A DNA stretch of 64,000 nt from the NCBI GenBank assembly GCA_004322365.1, contig SCTS01000006.1, positions 160,756 through 224,755 of the forward strand, read 5' to 3'. Both the position numbers and the translations under genes were made by a program. Source of the stretch: Patescibacteria group bacterium (GTDB taxonomy: Bacteria; Patescibacteriota; Minisyncoccia; Phycocordibacterales; Phycocordibacteraceae). Positions 47,189 through 56,055 of this stretch are shown here, one piece after another; the stretch's first letter is position 1, and every line of letters begins with the position of its first letter. A model generated the notes under the pieces. It had not been told where the DNA came from and made no database searches. It saw only the letters and a program-made list of their open reading frames with translations.

Positions 47189-48469
47189 TTAATATTCTCG
47201 TAAAGAAATTTGTGCTCCAATCTTACGCACCAAATCCAAGACGACTGACACAACAATGAGGAGCGCTGTACCGCCGATGGCAAGCGTACTTAAGCCTGTG
47301 AGAGATTGCATGATAAGCGGGAGAACGGCAACAACACCGAGAAAGAGTGCGCCAACCATAGTGATGCGCGTAATGACGGTGCCAAGATACTCTGCTGTTT
47401 GTACTCCTGGGCGTACCCCTGGTACAAAAGCTCCGTTCTTCTGCAGATTGGTTGCGAGCATGTTTGGATCAAAAGTAACTGCGGTATAGAAATAGGTGAA
47501 AAGAAACACGAGGAGGAAATAAAACACTGCATAAATCACTGCACCACCACTCCACGAGAGAAGCGCGCTCGCAATTCCTGAAAGCCACACCACAGAAGAT
47601 TTTGCTGCAAAATTCAAAAGGAGTTGAGGGAACAACAGAATGGAGAGGGCGAAAATAATAGGAATAACCCCTGCCTGATTTAAGCGAAGCGGCAAGTAGG
47701 TAGAAACACCGCCATACATTTTATTACCGCGCACTCTCTTGGCGTAGGTCACGGGAACTGGTCGTTCTGCTTCAGTCATCACAACAACCCCATAGATAAT
47801 AACCAAGGCTGCGACAATAAAGCCCATATAGAGAGGAATTTGCGCAGGGTTAAAGGAGAACAACAGCTGCGCAAAATTCTGCGGAACGCTCGCGACGATA
47901 CCTGCAAAAATTATGAGCGACACACCATTACCAACACCAAACTCCGTCATAAGCTCTCCAATCCACATCAACAAGACCGAGCCTGCAGCTATGATAAGAA
48001 CATTCAACATGAACGCCATCCATGGAAGTTGGTCAACGATTCCCTGACTCTGGAATAACGAGAGGTACGCGTAGCCTTGAATAAATGCGAGCGGAATAGA
48101 AAGTAATCGTGAGTACTGACTAAACTTCTTGCGTCCTTGGTCTCCCTCCTCCTGATACATCATCTTCAACTTTGGGAACATGATGGTAAGAACCTGCATG
48201 ATGATAGATGCAGTGATGTACGGCGCAACGCCGAGCATGACTATTGAAAGATTGGAAAGCCCTCCTCCTGAGAAAATGTTGAGGAGACCAAGGAATTGGT
48301 TACTTGAAAAGAATTGCGAGAGACGCACTGGATCAATCCCTGGGATTGGTATCGTCGCGAGAAGTCTGAATACGGCAAGTGCCACAATGACAAAACCAAT
48401 ACGCTTGAGAAGCATACCGTCGCTCAGAATGAGTTTGAGTTTTGCAAAGAATCCAGACATGGTAACCAA
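47189..48469 (-). CDS. secY: Preprotein translocase subunit SecY
   Basis: 426 aa with ten TM helices and SecY signatures. Confidence 0.9.
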   Translation of the reverse strand: MVTMSGFFAKLKLILSDGMLLKRIGFVIVALAVFRLLATIPIPGIDPVRLSQFFSSNQFLGLLNIFSGGGLSNLSIVMLGVAPYITASIIMQVLTIMFPKLKMMYQEEGDQGRKKFSQYSRLLSIPLAFIQGYAYLSLFQSQGIVDQLPWMAFMLNVLIIAAGSVLLMWIGELMTEFGVGNGVSLIIFAGIVASVPQNFAQLLFSFNPAQIPLYMGFIVAALVIIYGVVVMTEAERPVPVTYAKRVRGNKMYGGVSTYLPLRLNQAGVIPIIFALSILLFPQLLLNFAAKSSVVWLSGIASALLSWSGGAVIYAVFYFLLVFLFTYFYTAVTFDPNMLATNLQKNGAFVPGVRPGVQTAEYLGTVITRITMVGALFLGVVAVLPLIMQSLTGLSTLAIGGTALLIVVSVVLDLVRKIGAQISLREY

Positions 48470-48472
48470 TGT

Positions 48473-48982
48473 TTAGCTTTTAGCTTTTAGCGAAGAGACG
48501 GCTTTCTTAGAAGGCATAACCTTCCTTGAAACAGGGGCGCGGACAGCACCTCCTGCTTTCTCAATTGTAGCTCGTGCTACTTCAGAGATGAAAACATCCT
48601 CAAAAGAGAGCTTCACGGTGAGTTCACCTCGCGCAAGAACTTTTATAGGAGGAACCTTACCGGAAATGCGTCTCACAACTCCAGCCTTTACGAGCGCAAT
48701 AGGAGTAACGATATCCCCTGCCTTAAATTGTCTTGAGAGTGTATCGAAATTGACAGTAGCAAACCTAACGCGAGGCACTGCTGTGCGAGAACGGTTTCTA
48801 CCATACCCGCGTCGTTTTGGAATTTTCTTGATGATGTCTCGCCATTCTGGGCGAAATTTTGCGCCAGCGCGGGACTTCTGACCTTTAGCGCCACGACCAG
48901 ATGTCTTACCTCGTTTTCCTCCACGACCAACACGACGACTTGTCGCATTGCTCTTTGTTCTTGCCAATGTGTGAAGTTCCAT
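48473..48982 (-). CDS. rplO: 50S ribosomal protein L15
   Basis: 169 aa with a Gly/Arg-rich N-terminus. Confidence 0.9.
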   Translation of the reverse strand: MELHTLARTKSNATSRRVGRGGKRGKTSGRGAKGQKSRAGAKFRPEWRDIIKKIPKRRGYGRNRSRTAVPRVRFATVNFDTLSRQFKAGDIVTPIALVKAGVVRRISGKVPPIKVLARGELTVKLSFEDVFISEVARATIEKAGGAVRAPVSRKVMPSKKAVSSLKAKS

Positions 48983-48983
48983 A

Positions 48984-49604
48984 TTATTTCTTTAGACTTG
49001 AAAGTGCCTTAATGGTTGCGCGTGCAATGTTGAGTTTATTTTTAGATGGTGACAAAACTTTTGCGGTCACATCTTTAATTCCTGCGAGCTCCAAAACAAT
49101 TTTTACTGCAGAACCAGCAACAATACCGCGCTCAGGTGAAGGACGGATAGAAACTATTCCTGAAGAAGTCTTTGCCATCACATCATGTGCAATACTCATG
49201 GTCTTTGTCATCCTGACAGTAATCATGTTCTTTTTTGCATCACGGAGAGCCTTCTCAATTGCAAGTGCTGTGTCTCCCCCCTTACCGATACCTATTCCTA
49301 CACGACCTTTTCTGTCTCCTGCGGCAATAGCTGCAGAGAATGAAAAGCGTCTACCTCCTGCCATAACGCGAGCAACACGACGGATGAGGATGGTTCTTTG
49401 ATCAAATTCTGCTCGTTCACGAGGTTCACGCTTTCGGTCTCCCCCACGAGAAGGTCGACGATCACCACCGGCAGCACCACCACGAGCAGGTCGGCGACCA
49501 CGCGGAGCATTTCCGGGTGCACGAGATGCAGGGGAAACAGGTGCCGATGCTGGAGTCGCTTCGGTTGTGTTTTCAGATACTGGTGTGTTTTGTTCGTCGT
49601 TCAT
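48984..49604 (-). CDS. rpsE: 30S ribosomal protein S5 (with N-terminal Arg/Gly-rich extension)
   Basis: 206 aa. Directly followed by rplO with no L30 gene in between. Confidence 0.9.
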   Translation of the reverse strand: MNDEQNTPVSENTTEATPASAPVSPASRAPGNAPRGRRPARGGAAGGDRRPSRGGDRKREPRERAEFDQRTILIRRVARVMAGGRRFSFSAAIAAGDRKGRVGIGIGKGGDTALAIEKALRDAKKNMITVRMTKTMSIAHDVMAKTSSGIVSIRPSPERGIVAGSAVKIVLELAGIKDVTAKVLSPSKNKLNIARATIKALSSLKK

Positions 49605-49625
49605 ATACTAAATAGTGAAGCTACA

Positions 49626-49982
49626 TTAAAATTCCAATCCTCCAGCCCTAGCAGCTTCCGCAAGCGCTCGGACGCGTCCTGTGTAAGTGAAGCCTCCTCG
49701 ATCAAAGACAACCTTCTTTACACCCTTCAAAAGTGCAGCGGCCGCAACGCGTTCACCAACAATTTTTGCGTCTTCCATCATAGTTTTTCCTTTCACATCC
49801 ATAGACGAAGCGCTTGCAATAGTGACCTGCTTATCATCGTCAATAAGTTGTGCGTAGAAATATTTATTTGAACGAAATACAGCAAGACGAGGGCACGAAG
49901 CTGTGCCTTTTACCTTCGCACGGATACGGCGATGGCGACGAGCGCGAAGAGCAGATTGAGTTTTTGGAGTGAGTTTAGACAT
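49626..49982 (-). CDS. rplR: 50S ribosomal protein L18
   Basis: 118 aa. Confidence 0.9.
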   Translation of the reverse strand: MSKLTPKTQSALRARRHRRIRAKVKGTASCPRLAVFRSNKYFYAQLIDDDKQVTIASASSMDVKGKTMMEDAKIVGERVAAAALLKGVKKVVFDRGGFTYTGRVRALAEAARAGGLEF

Positions 49983-49987
49983 ACAAA

Positions 49988-50524
49988 TTATGCAGATGCT
50001 TTCTTACCTTGTTTACGGCGCACATACTCACCATCGTAACGAATTCCCTTACCTTTGTATGGCTCAGGCTTTTTCACGGCGCGAATAACTGCAGAAAACT
50101 GACCTACTGCGTCTTTATCAATACCGCTCACCGTGATTTGGTTCTTCTCAACAACAACATCAATGCCCTCAGGGATTGCCAAAATTACTGGATGAGAAAA
50201 TCCAACGAGGAATTTCATATTCCTTCCCTGCACTTCAACGCGGTACCCGATACCTTCAAGAGTTAATTTCTTTTCGTATTTCTTATTCACACCAGCAATC
50301 ATATTCTTGAGGTGAGATGCAAATGTTCCCCAGAGAGAGCGCGCAAGCTTTGAAGAATTCAAAGGCGCAACCGTTACGGCTTCACCTTCAACAGTTACCG
50401 ATACCATCGAGTGTACTGGTCGTGTTATTACGCCCAAAGGACCCTTCACAGTCAACACGCCCTCAGCAACTGAGATGTGCGTATTTGCTGGAATAGTTAT
50501 TGGATTTTTACCGATGCGTGACAT
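49988..50524 (-). CDS. rplF: 50S ribosomal protein L6
   Basis: 178 aa. Confidence 0.9.
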   Translation of the reverse strand: MSRIGKNPITIPANTHISVAEGVLTVKGPLGVITRPVHSMVSVTVEGEAVTVAPLNSSKLARSLWGTFASHLKNMIAGVNKKYEKKLTLEGIGYRVEVQGRNMKFLVGFSHPVILAIPEGIDVVVEKNQITVSGIDKDAVGQFSAVIRAVKKPEPYKGKGIRYDGEYVRRKQGKKASA

Positions 50525-50551
50525 ATGTATTTTTGTAGTGATCGTATTGGA

Positions 50552-50947
50552 TTACCAGATTTTGAAAAGAGTCTCCCCTCCGAGTCTATTTTGTCTCGCC
50601 TCACGATCAGTGACGATGCCTTGTGGTGTAGAAAGTACCATAAGTCCTTTACCGTACTTCACTGGGAACACTTCGCGAGCTTTTGCATACAAACGGCGAC
50701 CAGGCTTCGAAATTCTTTTAACACCGTTGATTCTTGGAAGGCCTTCAGCATCGTAGAGCAATTCAACAACGAGAGTCTTATGAATCCCTGAACCTTCTTC
50801 AGAAACTTCACCAAGGTATCCTGACTTGCGAAGTGCCAAGGCAACTGCAAGCTTGAGTTTGGAAAATGGCACAGCAACTGATGCCTTACGCACAGCTGTG
50901 GCGTTTTTCAGACGAACAATGAAATCTCCAATAGGATCTGTAATCAT
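50552..50947 (-). CDS. rpsH: 30S ribosomal protein S8
   Basis: 131 aa. Confidence 0.9.
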   Translation of the reverse strand: MITDPIGDFIVRLKNATAVRKASVAVPFSKLKLAVALALRKSGYLGEVSEEGSGIHKTLVVELLYDAEGLPRINGVKRISKPGRRLYAKAREVFPVKYGKGLMVLSTPQGIVTDREARQNRLGGETLFKIW

Positions 50948-50971
50948 GATGAAATTATTGCTGTGGTTGAA

Positions 50972-51241
50972 TTACCAAGAAGACTTCTTAACACCTGGGA
51001 TCTCTCCTCGGCGTGCCATTTCGCGAAACTGAATACGAGAAAGACCGAAATGACGCATATAGCCCTGACCACGGCCAGTAACCGCGCAACGATTCTTCAC
51101 ACGAATTGGTGAAGCATCTTTAGGAAGCTTCTGGAGGCCTTCCCAATCTCCTGCCTCTTTCAAGGTAGCGCGCTTCACAGCAAAACGAGCGACCGTCTTG
51201 ATACGCTTAGAATTACGAGCCAATTGTGACTTTTTAGCCAT
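50972..51241 (-). CDS. rpsN: 30S ribosomal protein S14 (long form)
   Basis: 89 aa with a C-terminal ..[13 protein letters not shown]. Confidence 0.85.
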   Translation of the reverse strand: MAKKSQLARNSKRIKTVARFAVKRATLKEAGDWEGLQKLPKDASPIRVKNRCAVTGRGQGYMRHFGLSRIQFREMARRGEIPGVKKSSW

Positions 51242-51593
51242 TTTGTTTTAGGGAACCGTATTCATTCAGCAGAACTGAGATGAAGGGTATTCGCCTTTTG
51301 AGCCCTGTTCCGTATCTCGAGAGCCGAGACCTTAAAGAAAAAGCGCTTCGAAAAGCTATTGCTAGGATAGCAGTAAAGAAGGTGTCGGTCAAATTAACAG
51401 AAATCAAAGAAAATATGGCTTCCCGTCTATCTTTTGAGGCCCCGACTAATTGCCGGACTTTGGGGGAAGAAAAGGTCCCGGGAGAGGTTTCCCAGTAAGC
51501 CCAAGGGCTTCGAGTAATGCTGGTATAGCTTCTTTTGGAGGAACTGAAAAAGAAGTCGAACCTTTGTACGCCATAAGAATCGAAAAAAAAAAA

Positions 51594-52178
51594 TTATACT
51601 GCCTCCTGAAGTGGGACGCCGATGTGGCGGAAAAATGCCTCTGCCTGCTTTGCATCTTTTGCTGTCGTCACAATGGTGATAGCAAGGCCGAATACATCTT
51701 TCAATTCTTCATCTGAAGTCTCAGGGAAAATAGTGTGCTCTTTAATACCGAGAGTTATGTTACCCAAGGAATCAATCGCTTTTGCGGAGAGTCCACGGAA
51801 GTCACGGGTACGAGGAAGAGAGATATGAACAAGTTTGTCCAAGAAATCATACATGCGAGCACCACGGAGTGTTACTTGGTAACCCACAGGATCCCCTTCA
51901 CGAACCTTGAATGAAGCAACTGATTTCTTTGCACCACGAACCGCTGCTTTTTGACCAGTAATCAAAGCAAGCCTGTCTTCAATAACTTCAATTTTCTTTT
52001 TATCTTTTATCTTTCCAATACCTGTTGAAATAACCACCTTCACAAGGTGTGGTGCTTGAAAGACATTCTTGTAACCAAAATCCCCCTTTAGGGTTTTGAA
52101 TGCGCTTTTTTCTTGTGTACGAACTGATTGCATATATTTTTTATACTTCTGAACCACTCTTAACAGCGACACGGACAC
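51594..52178 (-). CDS. rplE: 50S ribosomal protein L5
   Basis: 194 aa. Confidence 0.9.
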   Translation of the reverse strand: MSVSLLRVVQKYKKYMQSVRTQEKSAFKTLKGDFGYKNVFQAPHLVKVVISTGIGKIKDKKKIEVIEDRLALITGQKAAVRGAKKSVASFKVREGDPVGYQVTLRGARMYDFLDKLVHISLPRTRDFRGLSAKAIDSLGNITLGIKEHTIFPETSDEELKDVFGLAITIVTTAKDAKQAEAFFRHIGVPLQEAV

Positions 52179-52443
52179 GCTTATTTCCCTTCATTTTAAT
52201 CGAAATACGAGTACCCTTGCCTGACTTTGGATCAACGAGCATCGCATTTGATACATGGAATGGCATCGACATGTCAACAATCTGACCTTTTTTGTTGCCA
52301 CGGGGTTTCTGATGCTTTTTCTTCATGTTTAAGCCCTCAACAATAATCTTGCTGACCGCTGGAAGCGCTCTCGTTACCGTACCTGTCTTACCTTTATCCT
52401 TACCGGTAATTATGATGACTTTATCTCCTTTTCTTATTTTCAT
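52141..52443 (-). CDS. rplX: 50S ribosomal protein L24
   Basis: 100 aa with a KOW motif IRKGDKVIIITGKDKGK. Confidence 0.9.
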   Translation of the reverse strand: MKIRKGDKVIIITGKDKGKTGTVTRALPAVSKIIVEGLNMKKKHQKPRGNKKGQIVDMSMPFHVSNAMLVDPKSGKGTRISIKMKGNKRVRVAVKSGSEV

Positions 52444-52475
52444 ATTGTTTTTGTTTTTCTCTGTACCGCCTATTA

Positions 52476-52856
52476 CTACACAACTTCTGGAGCAAGAGAA
52501 CCAATCTTTTGGTATCCCATATCGACGATTTCACGAGGGATTGGACCGAAGACACGATTTGCCTTTGGTTCAAAAGGATCTTTTGCATTCTTTGAAAGAA
52601 TCACCACAGCGTTATCATCGAAGCGAATATAGGAACCATCAACACGGCGGAATGTCTTTCTTTGTCGAACTACTACCGCAGTCAATACATCTTTTTTCTT
52701 AACCATTTTTCGTGGTTCAGCAGACTGCACAGAAAGCACTACTCTATCGCCAATCTGAGCAATAGTTTTTTTGGAACCACCAAGCACTTTGAAAATGCGT
52801 CCAACCTTTCCGCCGGTGTTATCTGCAATGATGACGAGTGATCGATCTTGAATCAT
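52476..52856 (-). CDS. rplN: 50S ribosomal protein L14
   Basis: 126 aa. Confidence 0.9.
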   Translation of the reverse strand: MIQDRSLVIIADNTGGKVGRIFKVLGGSKKTIAQIGDRVVLSVQSAEPRKMVKKKDVLTAVVVRQRKTFRRVDGSYIRFDDNAVVILSKNAKDPFEPKANRVFGPIPREIVDMGYQKIGSLAPEVV

Positions 52857-53092
52857 ATAACTATAAAGTGCTTATTCTTCGACATTGGGCGACATGGCGC
52901 AATTGTGACGCGTTCTCCCTCTTTTTTGGTATTCCCTGCATCATGCGCAAGATACTTCTTTGTTTTCTTCACATACTTTTTATACTTTGAATCCTTCACA
53001 TAGCGATTTACAGCAACCGTTATCGTGTCTTTCATTTTTGTGGATACGACCACGCCGGTAAGTGTTTTCTGATTTTTTGTGTTTGTTTCCAT
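52853..53092 (-). CDS. rpsQ: 30S ribosomal protein S17
   Basis: 79 aa. Confidence 0.9.
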   Translation of the reverse strand: METNTKNQKTLTGVVVSTKMKDTITVAVNRYVKDSKYKKYVKKTKKYLAHDAGNTKKEGERVTIAPCRPMSKNKHFIVI

Positions 53093-53097
53093 ATAGT

Positions 53098-53292
53098 TTA
53101 TGCCTCTCTTTCTGCCATGACTAGCTTAATACGGGCGATGTCGGCACGAATTCCGCGAGCCTTGCGGACATTCTTAGTGCGTGATCCCGACATACCAAAA
53201 CGAAATTCACGAAGCTCAATTTCGAGCTCACCAAGAGCCTTCATAAGCTCACTATCAGTCTTCTTCCTAACATCTATAGCTTTCATATGCAA
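53098..53292 (-). CDS. rpmC: 50S ribosomal protein L29
   Basis: 64 aa. Confidence 0.85.
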   Translation of the reverse strand: MHMKAIDVRKKTDSELMKALGELEIELREFRFGMSGSRTKNVRKARGIRADIARIKLVMAEREA

Positions 53293-53294
53293 AT

Positions 53295-53714
53295 TTAGTG
53301 GCGAGCAATTACGGTCGTTTTAACTGACAATTTTGTCGCAGCCTTGCGAAGTGCTTCTCTCGCAATCGCATCAGTAACACCATCGATTTCAAAGAGAATT
53401 CTGCCTGGCTTTACCTCAACAACAAAACGGTACGGGTCACCCTTACCCTTACCCATCGGCAACTCACCTCCTTTCTTTGTGTCGGGACGGTCAGGAAATA
53501 CGCGAATCCAAACACGGCCAGTTTTTCCTAAAAGTCTCGCCCCTGCTCGACGAGCAGCCTCAAGCTGATTTGATGAAATACGATCCGAAGTAAGAGCTTT
53601 CAACCCATGAGAACCGAAGGCAAGCGTAATACCACGGGTTGCGACCTGCTTCTTGTTAGGGTTTACGCGTGAGCGTTGCCACTTTCTATATTTAACTTTT
53701 TTTGGAAACAACAT
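53295..53714 (-). CDS. rplP: 50S ribosomal protein L16
   Basis: 139 aa. Confidence 0.9.
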   Translation of the reverse strand: MLFPKKVKYRKWQRSRVNPNKKQVATRGITLAFGSHGLKALTSDRISSNQLEAARRAGARLLGKTGRVWIRVFPDRPDTKKGGELPMGKGKGDPYRFVVEVKPGRILFEIDGVTDAIAREALRKAATKLSVKTTVIARH

Positions 53715-53720
53715 AAAAAT

Positions 53721-54401
53721 TTATACTTTTGGACGTGACGCATCATCAGCGAAAATATCGCCACGATAAATCCAAACCTTAACGCCGATTTTACCCAAAG
53801 GAAGTTGTGCTGCTATCTGTGCATAATCAATGTCTGCACGGAATGTCTGAAGAGGGATACGCCCACGCTTCAATTCTTCAGTGCGTGACATAGAGCCTGA
53901 ACCGAGCATGCCAGCAACAGCAATACGCACACCCTTCACATCTCTATTTGCCATAACCTTATCAATTGTCTGTTTCAAAACACGTCGGAAAGGAAGGCGC
54001 TTCTCGAGACTCTCCACCACCATACCTGCAACAATTGCTGCGTTAGATTCAGGTGATCGAACTTCAATAACATCAAGGTGAAGCGCAGGCACTGATGAAA
54101 GTTTCATGCTTTTGAGCATTTGGTGCAAATCCTTTTTCAATTTTGTTGCACCTTCACCTGAACGACCAATAACCATACCTGGGCGTGCTGTATGAATTTG
54201 AACTCGCAAATCTTTTTGGGAACGCTCAATTTCAACATGCGACACATAGCTTCCACGAAGACGCTTTGTCAAAAATTGACGAATCATTGCATCAGTGCGA
54301 ATGAATTCACGGTTCTTTTTTGCAGAACCAGCAAACCAACGACTCTGCCAATCCCTAAGGATGCCAAGACGATGCGCGTATGGATGAACGATTTTTGTCA
54401 T
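53721..54401 (-). CDS. rpsC: 30S ribosomal protein S3
   Basis: 226 aa with a KH domain. Confidence 0.9.
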   Translation of the reverse strand: MTKIVHPYAHRLGILRDWQSRWFAGSAKKNREFIRTDAMIRQFLTKRLRGSYVSHVEIERSQKDLRVQIHTARPGMVIGRSGEGATKLKKDLHQMLKSMKLSSVPALHLDVIEVRSPESNAAIVAGMVVESLEKRLPFRRVLKQTIDKVMANRDVKGVRIAVAGMLGSGSMSRTEELKRGRIPLQTFRADIDYAQIAAQLPLGKIGVKVWIYRGDIFADDASRPKV

Positions 54402-54404
54402 AAA

Positions 54405-54746
54405 TTATTTTTTCTTCTTTGGCTTTGCTTTCCCTAAAGTCACTGTTATATGGCTCATTCTATGGCGAATTGGGGAAGAACGACCGAACGCACGAGGCAT
54501 CGAGCGCATAGCAACTAAACCTTTATTGACTGTAATATTTTGGACAACAAGAGTTCTTCCGTCTTCACCTTGCTTCTCCGCGTTTGCGACAGCAGACGAA
54601 ATGAGTTTAGCCATAGGAGTTGCGGCGCGCTTATCCAAGAACTTTAGTGCGAGAAGTGCCTCCTCGACACCCTTACCCTTCACAAGCTCAGTAACGAGTC
54701 TGGTTTTTCGTGGAGTCTGCTTGTAGTTGGAAAGTGTCGCCTTCAT
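54405..54746 (-). CDS. rplV: 50S ribosomal protein L22
   Basis: 113 aa. Confidence 0.9.
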   Translation of the reverse strand: MKATLSNYKQTPRKTRLVTELVKGKGVEEALLALKFLDKRAATPMAKLISSAVANAEKQGEDGRTLVVQNITVNKGLVAMRSMPRAFGRSSPIRHRMSHITVTLGKAKPKKKK

Positions 54747-54771
54747 ATGCTGATTCTAGATGTATGAAAAA

Positions 54772-55155
54772 TTACTTCTTAGCTCCGGCCTTAGCCTTAC
54801 CATCAGCAGGTGCCTTTGCTGCTTGTGCTGCTGCAATTTCAGACTCTTTCTTCTTCTGCTCAAGTTCTTTCTGCATCTTACCTCCGTGACGAGTAAACTT
54901 CGTCGTTGATGAAAATTCACCAAGGCGGTGCCCTACCATTTCCTCTGTAACAAACACTTCAGGAAAATCCTTTCCGTTATGAACAAGGAAAACGAAACCA
55001 ACCATTTCAGGGCTGATTTCAGATGCACGAGCCCATGTCTTAATAGGTGCTGTTACGCCTGGCTTCTTACCCTCAATCTTCTTTAGAAGCTTGTGGGCGA
55101 CATACGGACCTTTTTTAAGTGAACGAGACATTGTTGTAGTTTTGACCCAAATCAA
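54772..55155 (-). CDS. rpsS: 30S ribosomal protein S19 (Lys/Ala-rich C-terminal extension)
   Basis: Core [11 protein letters not shown]...HNGKDF...VGHRLGEF. The likely start is the internal ATG near 55131. Confidence 0.9.
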   Translation of the reverse strand: MIWVKTTTMSRSLKKGPYVAHKLLKKIEGKKPGVTAPIKTWARASEISPEMVGFVFLVHNGKDFPEVFVTEEMVGHRLGEFSSTTKFTRHGGKMQKELEQKKKESEIAAAQAAKAPADGKAKAGAKK

Positions 55156-55226
55156 GTGCGCACTAAGAAAAATGCGCCCTCACGAGCTTTGAGCATACTA
55201 TCCCAATCACCCGCCCACTGTCAATC

Positions 55227-56025
55227 TCATTTGTGCAACCTCCGGAGGTTGCACAAATGAGCACTGAATCCGAAATGAAAAAATTTACAAAATGATACCT
55301 TCTAATTCTTCAGCTAGAAGTTTTTTGCTGGTTGTTTTAACAAAGTCGGCGTAATTACTTTTTGCTGTTATAGCAAACTGCCCTGTGATAATTTCGGGGA
55401 CAATGAGCCCTCCCCATCGGTTCGCGTCACTAAAATCTTGGAGCGACGACCAAGGATACTCGAATTCCTTTCCTGACCATTCTCGTATGTCACTGGGGTT
55501 TCTATGAATATAGGCGGATGCATATAAAAGCTGGGAATCTGTTTTTACATGCACCGCTTTGTACGGACCCTGAAATACATGCCCCGAGGTTTCATACTTA
55601 GTATTATAATATTTTGTATATCCGTCAGATACGCGTTGCATGTAGCGTGCCATTCCCCCTTCAATAGTTTCTTTGACCAACAAGTGAAAATGGTTGGACA
55701 TCAGACAAAAACAAACCACTTCCACAAAACGACTCTCGATAATGGACTCGATATCTTCGTTAGGAACGGAAAAACCAATTTCTGGAATAAAACTTTCAGT
55801 AATGCGCGATAGGTTTTTAAATTGATGGGGAGATTGCAGAAACAAAACATTAAAAAGGAACCGGTGCCAGTCACGCTTATCTTTAAAAATAGTCTGCCTA
55901 TGCGCACCGCGATTGAACACATGATAGTACTCCCCCGGAGCAATACCTTCTCGTGACTTTGATACGGCCTTACGCATTACTGTAGGCTAGCATATCCCTG
56001 TGCAACCTCCGGAGGTTGCACAGGG
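55227..56025 (-). mobile_element. IS200/IS605-like minimal element / REP-RAYT unit: Y1 HUH transposase flanked by near-identical perfect palindromic hairpins
   Basis: Left palindrome tcatttgtgcaacctccggaggttgcacaaatga at 55227-55260. Right palindrome ccctgtgcaacctccggaggttgcacaggg at 55996-56025. The two share a 24-nt core TGTGCAACCTCCGGAGGTTGCACA. Sits between rpsS and rplB. Confidence 0.75.
55285..55977 (-). CDS. Y1 (HUH) transposase, IS200-like / REP-associated tyrosine transposase (RAYT)
   Basis: 230 aa with YHVFNRG, an HuH motif MSNHFHLLV and a catalytic Tyr region GYTKYYN. Has a C-terminal extension relative to 150-aa IS200 TnpA. Confidence 0.75.
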   Translation of the reverse strand: MRKAVSKSREGIAPGEYYHVFNRGAHRQTIFKDKRDWHRFLFNVLFLQSPHQFKNLSRITESFIPEIGFSVPNEDIESIIESRFVEVVCFCLMSNHFHLLVKETIEGGMARYMQRVSDGYTKYYNTKYETSGHVFQGPYKAVHVKTDSQLLYASAYIHRNPSDIREWSGKEFEYPWSSLQDFSDANRWGGLIVPEIITGQFAITAKSNYADFVKTTSKKLLAEELEGIIL

Positions 56026-56055
56026 GGTTCTGAAAACAAGAAAAATTACTTCGAA

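Noticed and set aside
51280-51716. ORFs 51280-51498 (+), 51450-51716 (+) and 51446-51655 (-) in the rplE-rpsN spacer
   Set aside because: Mutually overlapping and of low complexity, and one overlaps the rplE 3' end. None has a recognisable motif. The spacer is flagged as a finding but no CDS is called.
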